From: Amoebophrya sp. A120
Taxonomy: Eukaryota > Protista > Dinoflagellata
Assembly (NCBI GenBank): GCA_905178155.1
Contig: CAJINV010000012.1
Location: 3,343,144 to 3,407,143, forward strand
Length of the DNA: 64,000 bases
Reading direction: 5' to 3'
Shown: in pieces, positions 13,199-26,200 of the stretch
Layout of the letters: every line of letters starts with the position of its first letter
Position numbering within the stretch: the stretch's first letter is position 1
Translations under genes and position numbers: made by a program
The notes under the pieces: model-generated
Told to the model about the DNA's origin: nothing
The model's database searches: none
What the model saw: only the letters and a program-made list of their open reading frames with translations

Positions 13199-16100
13199 AT
13201 GGGTTTCAGGATGGTAGTTGTGCGGCTTTTACAACTAGTAAGTGGATCAGGAGGTCGAAGTACTAAGATGCCTACTCATGGATATTTCTGCTTTTCGAGC
13301 CCCTGGGGATATGGGCTGTTCTTTGTTTTCGCTCCTCATTAGGGCAGGATGTTTCACTCCGAGCTCTGGCCCTCAAGCTCGGGGTCCTAGATGGGCTGGC
13401 TGGAGTTTGTTTTTGTTCGCGCTGCTAGGGAATATGCGGCAGTGCTGCAGAGCATTATGGTGCTGCTCAGGGTGCAAGGTGGGTTTTGCTCGCCCTTCGA
13501 TATGTTGCGGGTTTTTCAACTTACTAGCTACTACTCCGAGTAAGGGCAGGAGGCTCCGAGGCCTCGTTTGGGAAGCCCTGTCGGGGCCAGATACCTCGCG
13601 GTGCTGGTTTTTAGCTTGAGAGCAGCTACTCCCCTGCCGGGTCGCGTCTCTACTCCGTGTTACACCAGAGAAGCTTTGCTTCGTCCTCGGTCTCAGTGGG
13701 TCGATAGTATAGTTCTGCGCGGGGTTCTTGTCAGCGAGTGTACAAAACCTCCAGCCGGGAGCGCATGGGTCGACAGCTAGAGGCTTGGCACTTAGGGATA
13801 CGAGGTGGCGGGGCTCGCCGCAGTTCTGTTGGCGTTTGGTTTTGCTAGGGTTGGCCCTGTTGACGGCGGTGAGGATACTTACTCTGTTTCGGATGCGCGT
13901 ATAGCTCGCATCCCGTTGGGGGCGCGGAGCCAGTGTCTATTCTATCCTGCCTGTTGGCCGTTTCGATAGATTTTATTTAGGCTGGGGCCTGGATCTTTTT
14001 ACACATTGGAAGTTTTCCGTTCAGGGGCCCGTAGTACTACCCTCTGCTTCGCTTTGTTGATACTGCGGTCTAGTGCATCTCGTTTCGCGGTGGAACTTCC
14101 CTGACCTGGGGCATTTCTGTTTTCGGAAGGCTGGCTAGATGCCTCACAGCGCTGGCACCTATCTCGGCGGCTGCCTTTTTCTTTTACTTTTGCGGATTGG
14201 CCTTGCAGTCTCATCTGCACCACACCAGGGGAGCTCCGCTCTGTCCTCGGTCTCGCCTTGCTTTGGGAACAGGGGTCGTTTGGCACTGGCGGTACCCAAT
14301 CCGTTACCCTTGCGAACTTGTTCCCTGGCTGGGGCTGGTGGTTTGGTGTCTCCTTCGTTCGCCCTCTGTTCCCATCGCGGGGCGGGGCCGAGGTTTTGCT
14401 TCGTGGATGATGGCCCGCGCCAAAGTTTGTCTGTGGCGCGGGCATTATTGTCGCGGGAAGGCCCAGCTGGGCTGGGGTTGAGTAAGGTGCGCTATTCGTG
14501 GCACCCTTGCGGGGTAGCTGGTCGCACTGGGGGTACGGAACTCGTCTTCGCGTAGACGTGCGCGGGGGTCTCCCGCTCGCTCGGGCCTAGTGGCTGAGAG
14601 GCCTACTAGTGGTTCTGGTTCCCTTTTTTCTCATGATAGGGTTAGGAGTCACGCCAGGCGCGTGCAACGCCTTGGCTTTTGGGTGCTCGCCTCTGAGTTT
14701 TGGATTTTCCTACGAGGACCGTCGGTTTTCTAGCGAGGTCAGCCCGGGTCGATTTGGATCGACAGCAGTATTTTTCAGCCGATATTCGGATTTCTTTCCT
14801 TGCCTTCCGGGAGGGGTTGTTGCAGCCTCACGAACGGATGGGCCTTGGCCGTAGGAGTAGGGCACTTGTCGATGCTCAGCGTCAGTGAGTTTTCCACAAG
14901 CGAAGGTCTGCTCTTTGGTGTTCGTTTGGAGTTTGCCGGACCTGCAGCGGCTGGGTTTGTTTCGGGTAGCTTGCTATTTTCCCACCCAGACAGTCGCTGG
15001 GGGCACGTTGGAGGTGCGACGCTATTCTTAGGCTTGGTTAACCGGTCGGGAAATTTTGGCTTTCTGTGTGCCCTAGGGAGGCTACTTCTTGGAAGTTTCG
15101 GATGACCCGCTTGTCTGGTCGAGCCGGCTAGGCTAGGATAGCTACGTACCGGGAGTGGTCGAGAAGAGAGGCTGTTTGCGTTGTCCTGACGTTAGTCTGT
15201 TTAGTCTGCTACTCTTGGATCGCATGGGATTTGTTGCCATAGTGGGAAGCTAGCTTGGTGCTTGGCTGTTCTAGTCCGTTCGCGTTAGCGCAGTAGTTTG
15301 CCACTTCTCGGGGGGAAATTGCTGCTACTGTTAGGATGCGATGTGCTCTACAGCTGACCACGCAACACTTGAGCCTGATCGGGAATTCAGGCCGCCCTAT
15401 TTGAACCTTGTTTAAGCTATTCGTCTCACAATTCAATAGGTCCCCCGGGGTTGCCTAGCTCTCTCTCGCTCCCCTTCTAGCCTATTTCGCTGCGTTCACG
15501 GTTATTGCGATCTGCTCTGCGACGTGGAATGTAGCCCAGGGATTATCCATGCTCCTCGACTTTGTGTTTGCCGTGAGAACAGCGCTTGCGTTCTGCTCCG
15601 GTGGGAGCCTGGTTTTACTGGTGTAGGGTGCTGCCGCTCGGCTACCTCGCGGACGGTTCTCTGGCTCTGCCGCCGGCTACACTTCGCAGTCAATATTTTC
15701 AGGCGCGTTTGTTGGCCTTGCTTCCCTAGAGGCGAAAATCGGATGTCCCTGGTGGGGCTGCTAAGAGGCGGGGTCTCGGTGCTTATGATTGGGGGGCTGT
15801 AGCGCCAGCCTTGAGGCTGCACTGGAACAGGTTTTGATTACCCGGCGCGTGGCCTTTTCTTGCGTAGTTTTTCTGGAAGGGAACTATAGGCGCCTTTTCC
15901 GTGTTTTTAGCTTTTTCGGGGAGGCGGACTGTGGGTCAGCAGCGATGTCTCCTTGTCCCGGTTCAGGAGTTTCCCTGCGGTAGCTTCACAGGGGTTTTGG
16001 CCCGGATGGTCGCGTCAGTAGGTAATAGTGAGTGCTCGCAGGGGCGAATGCAAGTTGAGCAATGGAGTCGAGTTGCGGACTCCGGTCGCCGAGGCTTTTT

Positions 16101-17638
16101 GCGCCATCTCTGAGGTCCTGCCCGGCGGGCGTTGTTCGCCTATGTGGATATGTAGCGCATGCTACGGGTTTTGTTCTGGAGTTTTACACTGTCCCCCTGG
16201 GGTCGACGGTTTCGCTAACGCTATAGGCTATGCTAGGCCGCCCGGCCGTGCCAGTCATGAGGACGGTGGATTTTGTTTTGCCCGGGGCGCGTGCTCCCTT
16301 TAGTATGGCCGCAGTACCCGGGGAACGGGCATCAGATTTTCCCCAGGTGGGGGCTCTGGTTTTGGGGCCATTTGGCAGTAGCCATCGTTCGGGGGCAAAT
16401 GGCCACTCGCCTGGTTGTTTGCTGGCAGGCGGCTTTCGGGCCTGTCTCAAGATGTTCTCTAGCTGAGTTGCGGGAGGAGGAAGGGCGCTCGTGCGGGTTT
16501 TGGGGGTACCTCGTGGACAGAGGTTCTTCGCTTTCTGAGTCTGTAGCTAGTTAGGTCCTTCCCCAGGCCGGGAGGACCCGCCTCTTCGTTTCACCAGTCG
16601 GGAACCCGGAGCCCTAGTTCGCCTTTGATTCCGCGATTGATTCTTTTACATCACGTCCGCTTTCGCTCCCAGGTCTCTTGTTCTTTCTTTCAGATAGATC
16701 TCAAGGTCCAGGGCCCCACCGGACGGCGTTTCGGAATTTTGGGGAATCTGGCCCGGGCAGGGTTGGTTTTTGGAATTGCTTGCTGGCATGGAGGGGCGTT
16801 TGCTGCATTGGTTGGTTGCAGAGCATTGGCGTACTCGGGCTTGGCTCGCTAGTTTCCGGCTGCGCCCGCTAGTGGGGTCTGCTGTTGCTGGGCGGGTCCG
16901 TGAGGGACCACTGTTCTGGACGTTGGGCAGGCACTGTGCTTTGTCTGCTTTGTTGGACCCGCTTCGCCTTTGTCAGAGGGGGCACCTAGGGTCGCGTCTC
17001 GACGAGGATTGCTCCTCTGTGGCTGCTTTTCATTTTTCGCTACTGGACCACATGGGGTATGGTAGTTACTGGTTGCTACTGTGCAGCTTCGCCTTTTGCT
17101 TTATTTTCGATACAGGTGTGGAGCTCTTTTCCTGTTCCGCGGTGGTTTTGTGCCTCTGCATTTCTGCGTAGGTTGGTCTTGCGCGGCTGTTCGCCCGGCA
17201 CCGGGCCGCGCCCTCCGTAGCGCCTGGGCCAATCGCTGGCAGGTGGTCTGCTTGTGACTTTTGGAGTCCGACCTTGTTGTGCACTGCTGCGATGTTTCCT
17301 AGCCCTGTCTCGCCCTCCTTGTGTCATCGCTATCTCTGTATCGCGGGATTACTACCGGTTTTCTTCTGTGCCGCCGGGCAGTGTTCGTTCGCGCGGGCAG
17401 TGCCTCCTGCGTTTGACTTTCGACTGTTATTGTCCATCCTGCCGCCGCTTGCCGCAATTCCGGCCCGCGGTCTTGTGCTAGCTTGCGCATCGCCATCAGT
17501 TTCCTCCGCCCGTGCCGGCGGGCTTTCCCGGGACGGGAGGTGAGTGGTGTTTTCTCTTGACATTGAAGGACTTCCTTTTTCGCATTTTGGGAGTGGCTTT
17601 CGGGCTTGTGTTGTATGTCTTGCCACCTCGCTTGGGTC

Positions 17639-18303
17639 GAGTGCTTTCTTTTCCCCGGAGGTATCAATCCCTTCTACGTTTTGCGGCTCGCCACCAGGGG
17701 GCGGCGGATCGGCGCTTTCTATACAATGCTCCTTTTGCGGGATTTTGGTCTTAGAGTGTATCACCATTTGTGTCTATCTTGGTATCGATGGGCTTCCCCT
17801 CAGTGGTTTTCCGTGTCGGCTAGGGGCCGTGTTCGAATTTTGTGCCTTGCGGGCAGTTGTTTCATCAGGTCCAGGGCGCAGAACCTTTCGCGCGGGTTTT
17901 TGAAGTTTATCAAGAGGACACTACGTGGGAGTTGGGTGGATCCCTTCTGGGGAATTGCCTATTGCTTGCTGCTGGAATGTGGGGGGTTCGAGTGCTTTCT
18001 GTTCCCCGGAGGTATCCTTTCTACATTTTGCGGCTCGCCACGAGGGGGTGGTGTATCGGCGCTTTCGCTGCGTTATATCTTGCGCGGGATTTTGGTCTTA
18101 GAGTCCATCGTGGTGCGTGTCTATCTTGGTGTCTATGCGTTTCCCCTCTGGGGTTTTCAGTGTCGGCTAGCGGCCGTGTCCGGGTTTTCTGCCTTGCGGG
18201 CATCTGTTTCATCCGGTCCAGGGCGTAGACCCTTTCGCGCGGGTTTTTGGAGTTTGTTAGTCAACAGGACCCTAAGTGGGAGTAGGGTGGATCCCTTCTG
18301 GGA
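17639..18303. repeat. Diverged direct duplication of ~315 bp (17639-17952 and 17990-18303)
   Basis: Both copies run GAGTGCTTTCT..TTCCCCGGAGGTATC to GGGTGGATCCCTTCTGGG. Confidence 0.85.
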
Positions 18304-19482
18304 AAGTGCCTCGCTTTTTCGGGATGTAACAGCCACTGATCCGGGTTGACTTGAAGCTGCTACCGCTTCAAGCATTTTCCGGCATGGAAAGTTCTGCGCT
18401 GCGTGCGCTCATTCTAGGCCCGGTTACCGGGGGGCAGGGAAATAACGCGGTCTGCGTGCCCGTGGTTGCGAGTTTGGGTTGCAGCTGCGCTTGCTTTGCA
18501 GGCTGTGTTCAGTCTGCTTTCTGTCTTCCCCTTGGGGGCAAGTGGGGCTGGGGCTGGCGCTGTTCCCCCCATTCATCCACCGGTGGTGGGGTTCTGGGGG
18601 GTCTTGCCCTGGGGGCCAGGTGGTGGTGGAGTGGGCCGCTCCCCGCTACGGAAGCTGGGCGCGGCCTGCTTGACCCAGCCCCAATAGGCGCGGTCCAACG
18701 GGCCGCTTGGGTGTGTGCTCTGGATAACACTCGGAAGGAACGCAACGAAAAAGATCCCCTCAACGTTTTCCCCGTCCTCTCGCGGCTTTCCTGCGGTCAG
18801 TAGTAAAGTCGGCGCTACGGGAGCGGGAATGAACATGTTGAACTCGTCCCAAAACCCGTTGAAGCTGCACGTCGGTGAAAACAAGAAATTGGATGTGAAT
18901 AAGTTGTGCAAGAAGTCTTTCTCACCACCTCCTTCTTTCAACGTGCCAGTAGAAAGTCCCATGTCATCAATCTACGATAATAAGTCTGCTGATTTCCTCG
19001 TGGATAGTCATAGTGCTAACCCGGAGCAGAGAATCAACAAGGGGCAAAGGGACGATGAGCAAGGACTTTGCTACAGCAACTGTATGTACAACGCCCGAGA
19101 TGTTGATGATGATGACGGTGGACTACTACAAGAAACCGTAATTGACACGACGACCAACAACACCAGCAAGAACATTCGTCGCCTGGTACAAAATTCCCTG
19201 CGGACGAGTGGAAATGTTGGTCCCGATTATACCGAAAACGATGATTTGCTACACTCTAACTTCTACGCGACGACCTCCTCCTCGTGCAACAAAAGTAGCG
19301 GAGAGCAGGATGAGAACAGCAGTTGTACGACGGGGACGCAGCTGCAAAATGAGCAAAGTACGAACGACCCCGTGATGTTTTCGACCGCGTCGCTGTCCAC
19401 TAACATTCCAAAATTACTCGATTTCGACGAAATCAGCTCCGAGAAAGCGTACCGGTCGAAAGCGTAGAACTATCCCTTCGGC

Positions 19483-19745
19483 TATCAATTGCAAAAATGT
19501 CTGGGTCTGGAAGAATCTAAACTTGTGATGCTGCATTTGGATTCCAAAAAAATCTGTATTGCATGAGCAGCAAAGGGAATGCAATTTTGGCTACGCGGAG
19601 AGGGCGTTTGTGATGCGGAATACGCATCAAGAAATCCTCAAAAAACCTGTGATGCTAGGGCATGCATCACCGACATCATGGCTCATGCAAACCGTGCATG
19701 ACAAGTCTCAGAATCTTCCAGACCCAGACATTTTCGCATTTGATA
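19483..19745. mobile_element. Introner family A
   Basis: 30-bp TIR TATCAATTGCAAAAATGTCTGGGTCTGGAA, DR TCGGC. Confidence 0.92.
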
Positions 19746-20097
19746 TCGGCGGTGCGGAAGGGGAGGATGGAGAAGATGGGTCGCCGACTGCTGTTGGAAG
19801 GGTGTTCTATGGGGAAGCAGCAGATGCAGCTTGGAACAACAACAAGAAAGAAGCGGATTATAACAAAAAAACGAAAACTAAAGAACTCGACCCCTTCACC
19901 GCCGCAGGAGCAAAATACACGCGATGAATAATGCGAGTTTCTCTACTGCTACCAGTGACGCGCGGTCCCGTACTCGCTCCCGATCCACGTCTTCCTCCTC
20001 CGCAGGCGTCGACAAAGACGGAGCAAACGACGTGTACAAGACAAACAAGAAAGGTTCCTCTAGCAAGAAGGGGCTATTATCGTCTTCTACCCTGACT

Positions 20098-20250
20098 TAT
20101 GCATTGCAAATGTATCCCGGTAATATAAATTGCATTTCAAATTTCATCCTCAGCATGAGGTATAAGATTTCTAATGCGGAGTTACCTTAGGTAGAAGATC
20201 TGTCATGCATATTTGCAATTAGTATGAGTGCGATACTTTTGCAGAGCATA
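20098..20250. mobile_element. Introner family B
   Basis: DR TGACT; frame restored. Confidence 0.9.
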
Positions 20251-20341
20251 TGACTGGTAGTGCAACCACTTCATCCTTGTCGCACCACCTCCACTCGCGC
20301 AAAAACTCTAAGGACCACCGCAGTGCCTCCCTGTGCACCAT

Positions 20342-20550
20342 TATGCAAGAAAAAAACTGTGTAAGTGTAAATCTGTAATGCAGAACATGCAACAGACTTA
20401 CACCTGTCATGCGAGACAGCCATGAAGTTCTCTTTTCATGTGTGTTTTTCCTTACAAGCCATGCATGACAGGTTTTCTCTGTCATGTAGAGCAAATTTGT
20501 AATGCTGTCAGCCAAAGATAGTTACACTAACACAGTTTTTTTCTTGGATC
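20342..20550. mobile_element. Introner family G (single copy here)
   Basis: TATGCAAGAAAAAAACTGTGT / ACACAGTTTTTTTCTTGGATC, DR ACCAT; frame restored to TAA at 20746-48. Confidence 0.85.
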
Positions 20551-23211
20551 ACCATCCGGGAGGGGCAGGAGCTGCAGAGCAAATACCGCCTTTTGGCGGC
20601 CAGAGCGGATGAGAGTCGGGAACTTGCGCTACTGCTTCCGGCGAAGAGTGCGATGAAGCACTTCAACAACAGATCGGCGTGGATGGAAGAGGATGCGCTG
20701 CTGACCGGGGCGGGGATGCTTTGGAACGATGTGGATGCAGTTTTGTAAGTAGTTGTACTCGACGAGGTCGAGTACTTTTATTTTCACATACGTTCGTCTT
20801 CGTACAAGGAAAAAAAAAGTTTTGTATATAGTCACTCTCAAGGGCTAGAGTATTGATTTTGAAGATTCAGAAGCAATAGGCTACAGTATTTGTGGTGCAG
20901 TACTTAGCAGAATGAAACAAGTTGATACGATTTGTCGTGTTAGTACTAGCAAGTATGTTGCCAGTGCCGCGAGCTGTAGTTTTGTTACACATTCGTAGAA
21001 TCTCTTTTCTTCAGACAGAAAGATTGTACTCGACGTGCTTCATCAGAATGTCAGATCTACAATATATCAAAAATAAATAAATCACTGATTTCTTTATTGG
21101 CTTTGTATACGTAATATCTTCAAAAAGAAAAAACTACTTAAGTACTTCCCTTGTATGCTACAACGAGATTCTACAAGGTCAGGGCTTTACTTTTTCGCGC
21201 TCTAGGAGCGGTTGCTGTGCATTTCTCTTTGTCCAATTTGAAATATCGCTGTCATATGAAGGGCTTTATTTTTCTTCACTGTAAAAGTGGAGGCGGAGGG
21301 CCACCAGGGCTTTCGTTCTCCACTTTCAAGTATCCTATTTTTCCACAATTCAAATTCTAGATTAATATGATCCGAGCAAAAGTGAGACGGTACTAGGGCA
21401 GGACAGCGTCTTTCTTTTTGCAATTTGAGCCTGAAAATTATTGAGCGGCCCTTTCGCAAGCACAAGAAGATAGACGCGCGGCATCGCATTGTAGTTGCTG
21501 TACCGCCTCGGGGGTCTGTCTCCGGCTTTTGTCTCGGCAGGAGAAGCAGAAAATTGTGAGACGGCGCGAAGGTTGAAATAGTAAAAACCGGTTGTGTGTG
21601 GTCTTATGATTCAGAAAAGTAGAAAATGTCACCGTTACGTCATGTTACATAACAGGGGAGAGGCGTACGGACAGGTGAACAAATCGCATGTAAAATAACA
21701 TAGAATAGATGCACTCCATACATCATACAAAAAAACGAAAAAGAAAAAATGAATTTTATGCATCAGCAAGAAAAAAAGCGTAAAATTTTACAGGCTAGCA
21801 GACACGACTAATGAAGAGGAGAAATTTTTTCATCTTTCAGTATAATAAATACAGAACAACCACACCGAGTGAGCCGAGTGCGGCTGCTTTAGTCCTAACG
21901 CCAAGTTGCTTTGGCTGAAGCTATTTTTTGCGGAGGTGCTGTGGCCGCTCGAGTGGTTGATTTGAAGAAATAAGGTTGGCTCTACGGCTAAAATCCAATA
22001 AGAAAACACAAGTTTTCGATATATCTTCAGCGCTGCCGGTCCCGGTGCCCGCTCTGAGTATGAATTTGATTTAGGTAAAAAACGAGGCCGCTCCTAGGCT
22101 GATGTAGTGGTAAGGAGGTACCACGACGCTCTACCACGATCTCCAGCAGTAATATAATTCATCACCTTGCCGTGAAGAGGAGAGGTAACACAAGGAAGAT
22201 GAAATTCTTTGTGTTTACGTATAAGGATGCGGAATGTATCAGGTCCGGCGTGCCGTGGTACTAGAGCGGTTGCTTCCGAAGATAGACCATAACTAATTTT
22301 GAAAGAAGAAAAACACGATGAAGCACGACATAGCATACACAAAACATATAAGAATTTGAATTTCGTGACACAGCATCACACTCTTACCAAGAAGGATCAA
22401 AAAATCAATGTTTATTGTTATTGTACACAACTTACGGATAAACATAAATTAGAATTTCCTGCAAAAAACAAGTGCAATAGAATACAACAGAATTTCCTGC
22501 TGAATGCAATAGAAACTGTACACTCTCTTCTTGTCATAGTACCAGTATGAAAAAATACAAAATTAAAAGAAGCGGACGATGTTGGAGCTTGTCCGTCATA
22601 AGTGGCAGCGCAAAAGATGTGCGGTGGGTCATATGTTCTTCTTCTTTATATGATTTTCTTTTCGGCTGAAATAAAGGGATGGCTTCAGCTGAGTTTTTTT
22701 TTCCTGCCTTCTTGACCGTCACGAGTGTGGGCATGCTGTCTTTCTCTGTCAAACCGTTTTTTTCATTTTGAATCTTCAGAGGACGAGAGATGGGTGGGAG
22801 GTCGCTTTTTTTTTGGTGTTGCGTTGTACAACTGTCGCCCTCATCTAAACCCATCGCGCAAGATGCATAATTTTTTTCCAGGAGCTGCGCCTTTGGTTCT
22901 GAAGGTGTGTGGTGGCTCGAGCGAATTTTGAGGACGTTTATAATTTGTTTGATTACCACATTTTCATTTTGGTTTTGCAACACGATGAAATACCAACCAC
23001 GAAACAGCACCCAACGTAGCTCCAAACAGGTTTGATTCTTCTGGTTTGTTAGATAGAGCTAGATGTAGAACCAGAACTCAAACCCTCTAGTATTTGGGGC
23101 CGCGTCGTAGTAACGTCAGTTGTATATGTTCATCTTGTGAGCCATTTTGGCCACACGACCCGGACGACGTGCTGTGTAGTTTTGACCAGCACGACAAGCG
23201 ACCTGTGAAAA

Positions 23212-26200
23212 ATGCGGAAGATTTTCTCCTCCCTTTCCTCCACCTTCGGGCCTGCACCGGACGGGGCGGGAGCTGAGCCTGGGCTGCCGGAATTTTTGTC
23301 ACAACAAGAAGAACCACCATCAGGCGCGAATGATTCAAATTCTCGTTCAAGGGCAGGAGCCAGCATGTTACGTGGTAGTTCTTCCCAGCAAGCAATAGAA
23401 ACTCCGACGTCCACCTCGCGAGTACAACAAGATCACCCGAGGAGCTACCAGCCCGCGCAACCTGCAACACCGACATTTTCACCCCTCGGTAAAAACGAAA
23501 ACGATTACGCTATAGATCCTCCTTCCCCGACCTTCCCCTTCTCGTTCTCGCCCGATGGTCCGACAGGGACAACATCAAACTTCACCCCGTCGCCGTACAA
23601 CAAGAGCAGTTTGAGTTTACTTCAAAAGCACAACCACGGTGGCACCTTTGCCGAAGAGTTACGCGCGAAGCTGTTCACGACTCCCGCCGGGCACGAGGAG
23701 TTGCAGCGGTCTCCGCCGTCGACCTCGTCTTCGATTTTGGAGCAGAGCACCACTTATCAAATGCAAATATAATGTCTGGGGCTGGAAGCGTACAGACATT
23801 AGTGATGCAGTTTTTGCCTAGCCCAGATCGTCTGACATGCAAGACGCAGCGTCACAGAATCCGAGCAGGTATCCCGATGCCTAATCTGCACGACGAATGT
23901 CCTCTTTCTGTAACAGGAAGCGGGGCCATGCAGGGCAGATTTTGTCATGATGTAGAATTTGCATCACAAATTCGAATCCATCCGGACCCAGACATATTTG
24001 CAATGCATACCACCGCCATTGCGGTTTTACGAAGTCGGGACAACAGCTACCAGATGGAAATGGTATCTTCTCCTTCGTTATCAAATGTAAAAATGTCTGG
24101 GTCTGGAAGATTGCAACTTGTCATGCTGTTTTTGGACTCTAAAAAAATTTGTATTGCGTGACCAGCAAGAGGGGTATTATTCGTGCTACACGGACAGGGC
24201 ATTTCTCATGCGGAAGGTGCATCAGGAAGCCCTCTAAAAGTCTGCGATGCTAAGTCATGCATTACAGGCATCATGGGCCATGAGAAATATGCATGACAAA
24301 TCACATGCCTGCTGCGGCAGGCAGGTGAATTCGTAGAACTGCTTCACATGTTGAGTAACGCCCACCGGCCTCCTAGATTAGTGATGAATTTATATGCTTT
24401 TTTTCAGCGTGGGGCCCAATGAAAAAAAAAGAAAAAAAAAATTAAAATATGCATGACAAATCTTGCATCCTTCCAGACCCAGACATTTTTGCATTTGATA
24501 TTCGTTAAGGGCAAGCATGTTACAAATGAGCAGAAGTGGCGATACGGACTACAGCACATCCAAAGGACTTCTAAAGGGATCTACTGGACGAGGAGCAGGA
24601 GGAACCCACGGCAGTAGTAGCAAGCATAAGGACCAAAGCCAGAGCGTCTATGACGTCGCGCAGGGGCAGGTCTCATCATCTACTTCCCACGACATCTTCC
24701 ACGCGTTGTCTGCGACGAGTAGTGCTTGTTCCCCCGCCGCCCACAACAGATTCTACCACCTGCACACACCGGAAAAAAAGAAGAAACACAGTATAACCTG
24801 CTCAAACGTTACAATCTCAAAGGTTACAATAGAATCTGGGATTAGTCTTGCATATATGAGCATGACTAGCTCGCAGACCGCTCCACTTTCTGCAATGTAT
24901 TTAAATTTCCGCAGATTTTTGTAGTGCGGTTTGGAACTGCGGAACTTGTCATGCGCAGTCCTGTGAGACTTGGCTACATCATGCACCTCTTGCATCACAG
25001 ATTTCTAGATTCTATTGTAACGCTTGAGATTGTAACGTTTGAGCAGGTCATGCACAGTAGTGGCCCCCGCTGCTCTACTACTACTTCCAACGCAAACCAG
25101 CAGATCTTTTCCGCGGTGGTAAGCTCGCGCGCGATCCCGAAACCCTTGGAATTCGATGACATCAGCGGGTCGGATCACACGTATCGTTCCTCGAAGAAAT
25201 CTATGCATTGCAAAAGTATCGTACTACGTAGTAATTGCATTACAAATTGCCTCAGCATGACAAATGCAAATGGAATCTGTCATGCTGTTTTACGTTGTAC
25301 GCTGTTGAAGATTTGTAATGCATAATCGAAATTACTACGAGAACGATGCTTTTGCACTGGATAAAATCAAAATCCTCTCTCTGGGAGTTGCAGTCCAGCT
25401 TCGGCGGCGGGCGGACCAATAGCAGTAGTTTTACCAACAAGAATTATAACATCGGCGACGAGGAGGGAGATGTTGAAACATATGAGATGAGCAAACTCGT
25501 CTCGCCGGAGCACAACAAAAGCAGCTCCTCCCAACAGGCGATTTTTGCGGACGAGCTACGGGCGAAGTTACTTCTGTCTGCCCCGGTATCAACTGCAAAA
25601 ATGTCTGGATCTGGAAGAGTCGGGGTTTGTCATGCACATTTTGCATGACCCGTGAGATGGAGATCTGTGACGCAGGTCCTAGCATCACAGATTTTTGAGG
25701 GATTCTTGATGCTTATCACGCATGAGAAACGCCCTCTACTCCGCATGCCAAGAACTGGACTCCTCTTGCTGCTCACGCAACACAGATAGTTTTAGAATCC
25801 CCAGACAGCATTACAAGTTCCACCCTTCCAGACCCAGACATATTTGCATTTGATACCCGGAAGCCTTTGACAAATTTCATAATTTCCAAAGGTCTGAGCC
25901 GTCTTCTGAGCTGGAGCAGAGCACAATCGCAATTGCAAAGTTGCGGAGCCTGGAGAGTTGTGAAAAGGTTGGTGGATTTGTAAATTGATTTGATTTCATC
26001 TGATGTGCCGCGACCAGCATGACAACTCGCAAACTGTGTCTCCTGAGTCATGCATGATCTTCCTCCGACCTGCTGCACATGAAGGTACTCAATTGAAGAT
26101 GAGTTCAATATTATATCACAATATCAAACAGATCGCCAAGATGAAGTCTCCTACTCTCTCGTCTTCCACCTTGCGGAAGCAGAGCCTCCTCAGCGGCACC

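Larger units (their letters stand above)
12748..18719 (-). mobile_element. Highly degenerate Ty3/gypsy-like retroelement
   Basis: A-poor, GT-rich block inside a gene; candidate flanking repeat CTGGA (12743-47, 18720-24); eroded minus-strand remnants in RT then RNaseH order: *GGLNS (~15390, cf. DYRxLN), FSTTPG..NFQ (~15160-15090), SDCLV (~14995, cf. DDxLV), LTLSIDKC (~14875), HVYAxTS (~14550, cf. TDAS); no LTRs recognised. Confidence 0.5.
11906..20748 (+). pseudogene. Low-complexity gene, paralog of 23212-26923, disrupted by a ~6-kb insertion
   Basis: Shares FAEELR-KL and IPK-L-FD-IS...YRS modules with the neighbour; in-frame TAG at 19465-19467 and an apparent frameshift near 19924; start uncertain. 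Confidence 0.55.

Noticed and set aside
12743-18724. The 6-kb insert as the autonomous parent of the introners or as a giant removable intron
   Set aside because: No TAT...ATA TIRs; remnants look RT-like; removal at the CTGGA repeat creates GGA-TAA and is out of frame with the downstream ORF, so even the boundary is uncertain
19465-19467. TAG read-through or an alternative genetic code
   Set aside because: Single case in a gene that also has a large insertion and a frameshift; no other reconstructed gene needs an internal TAG
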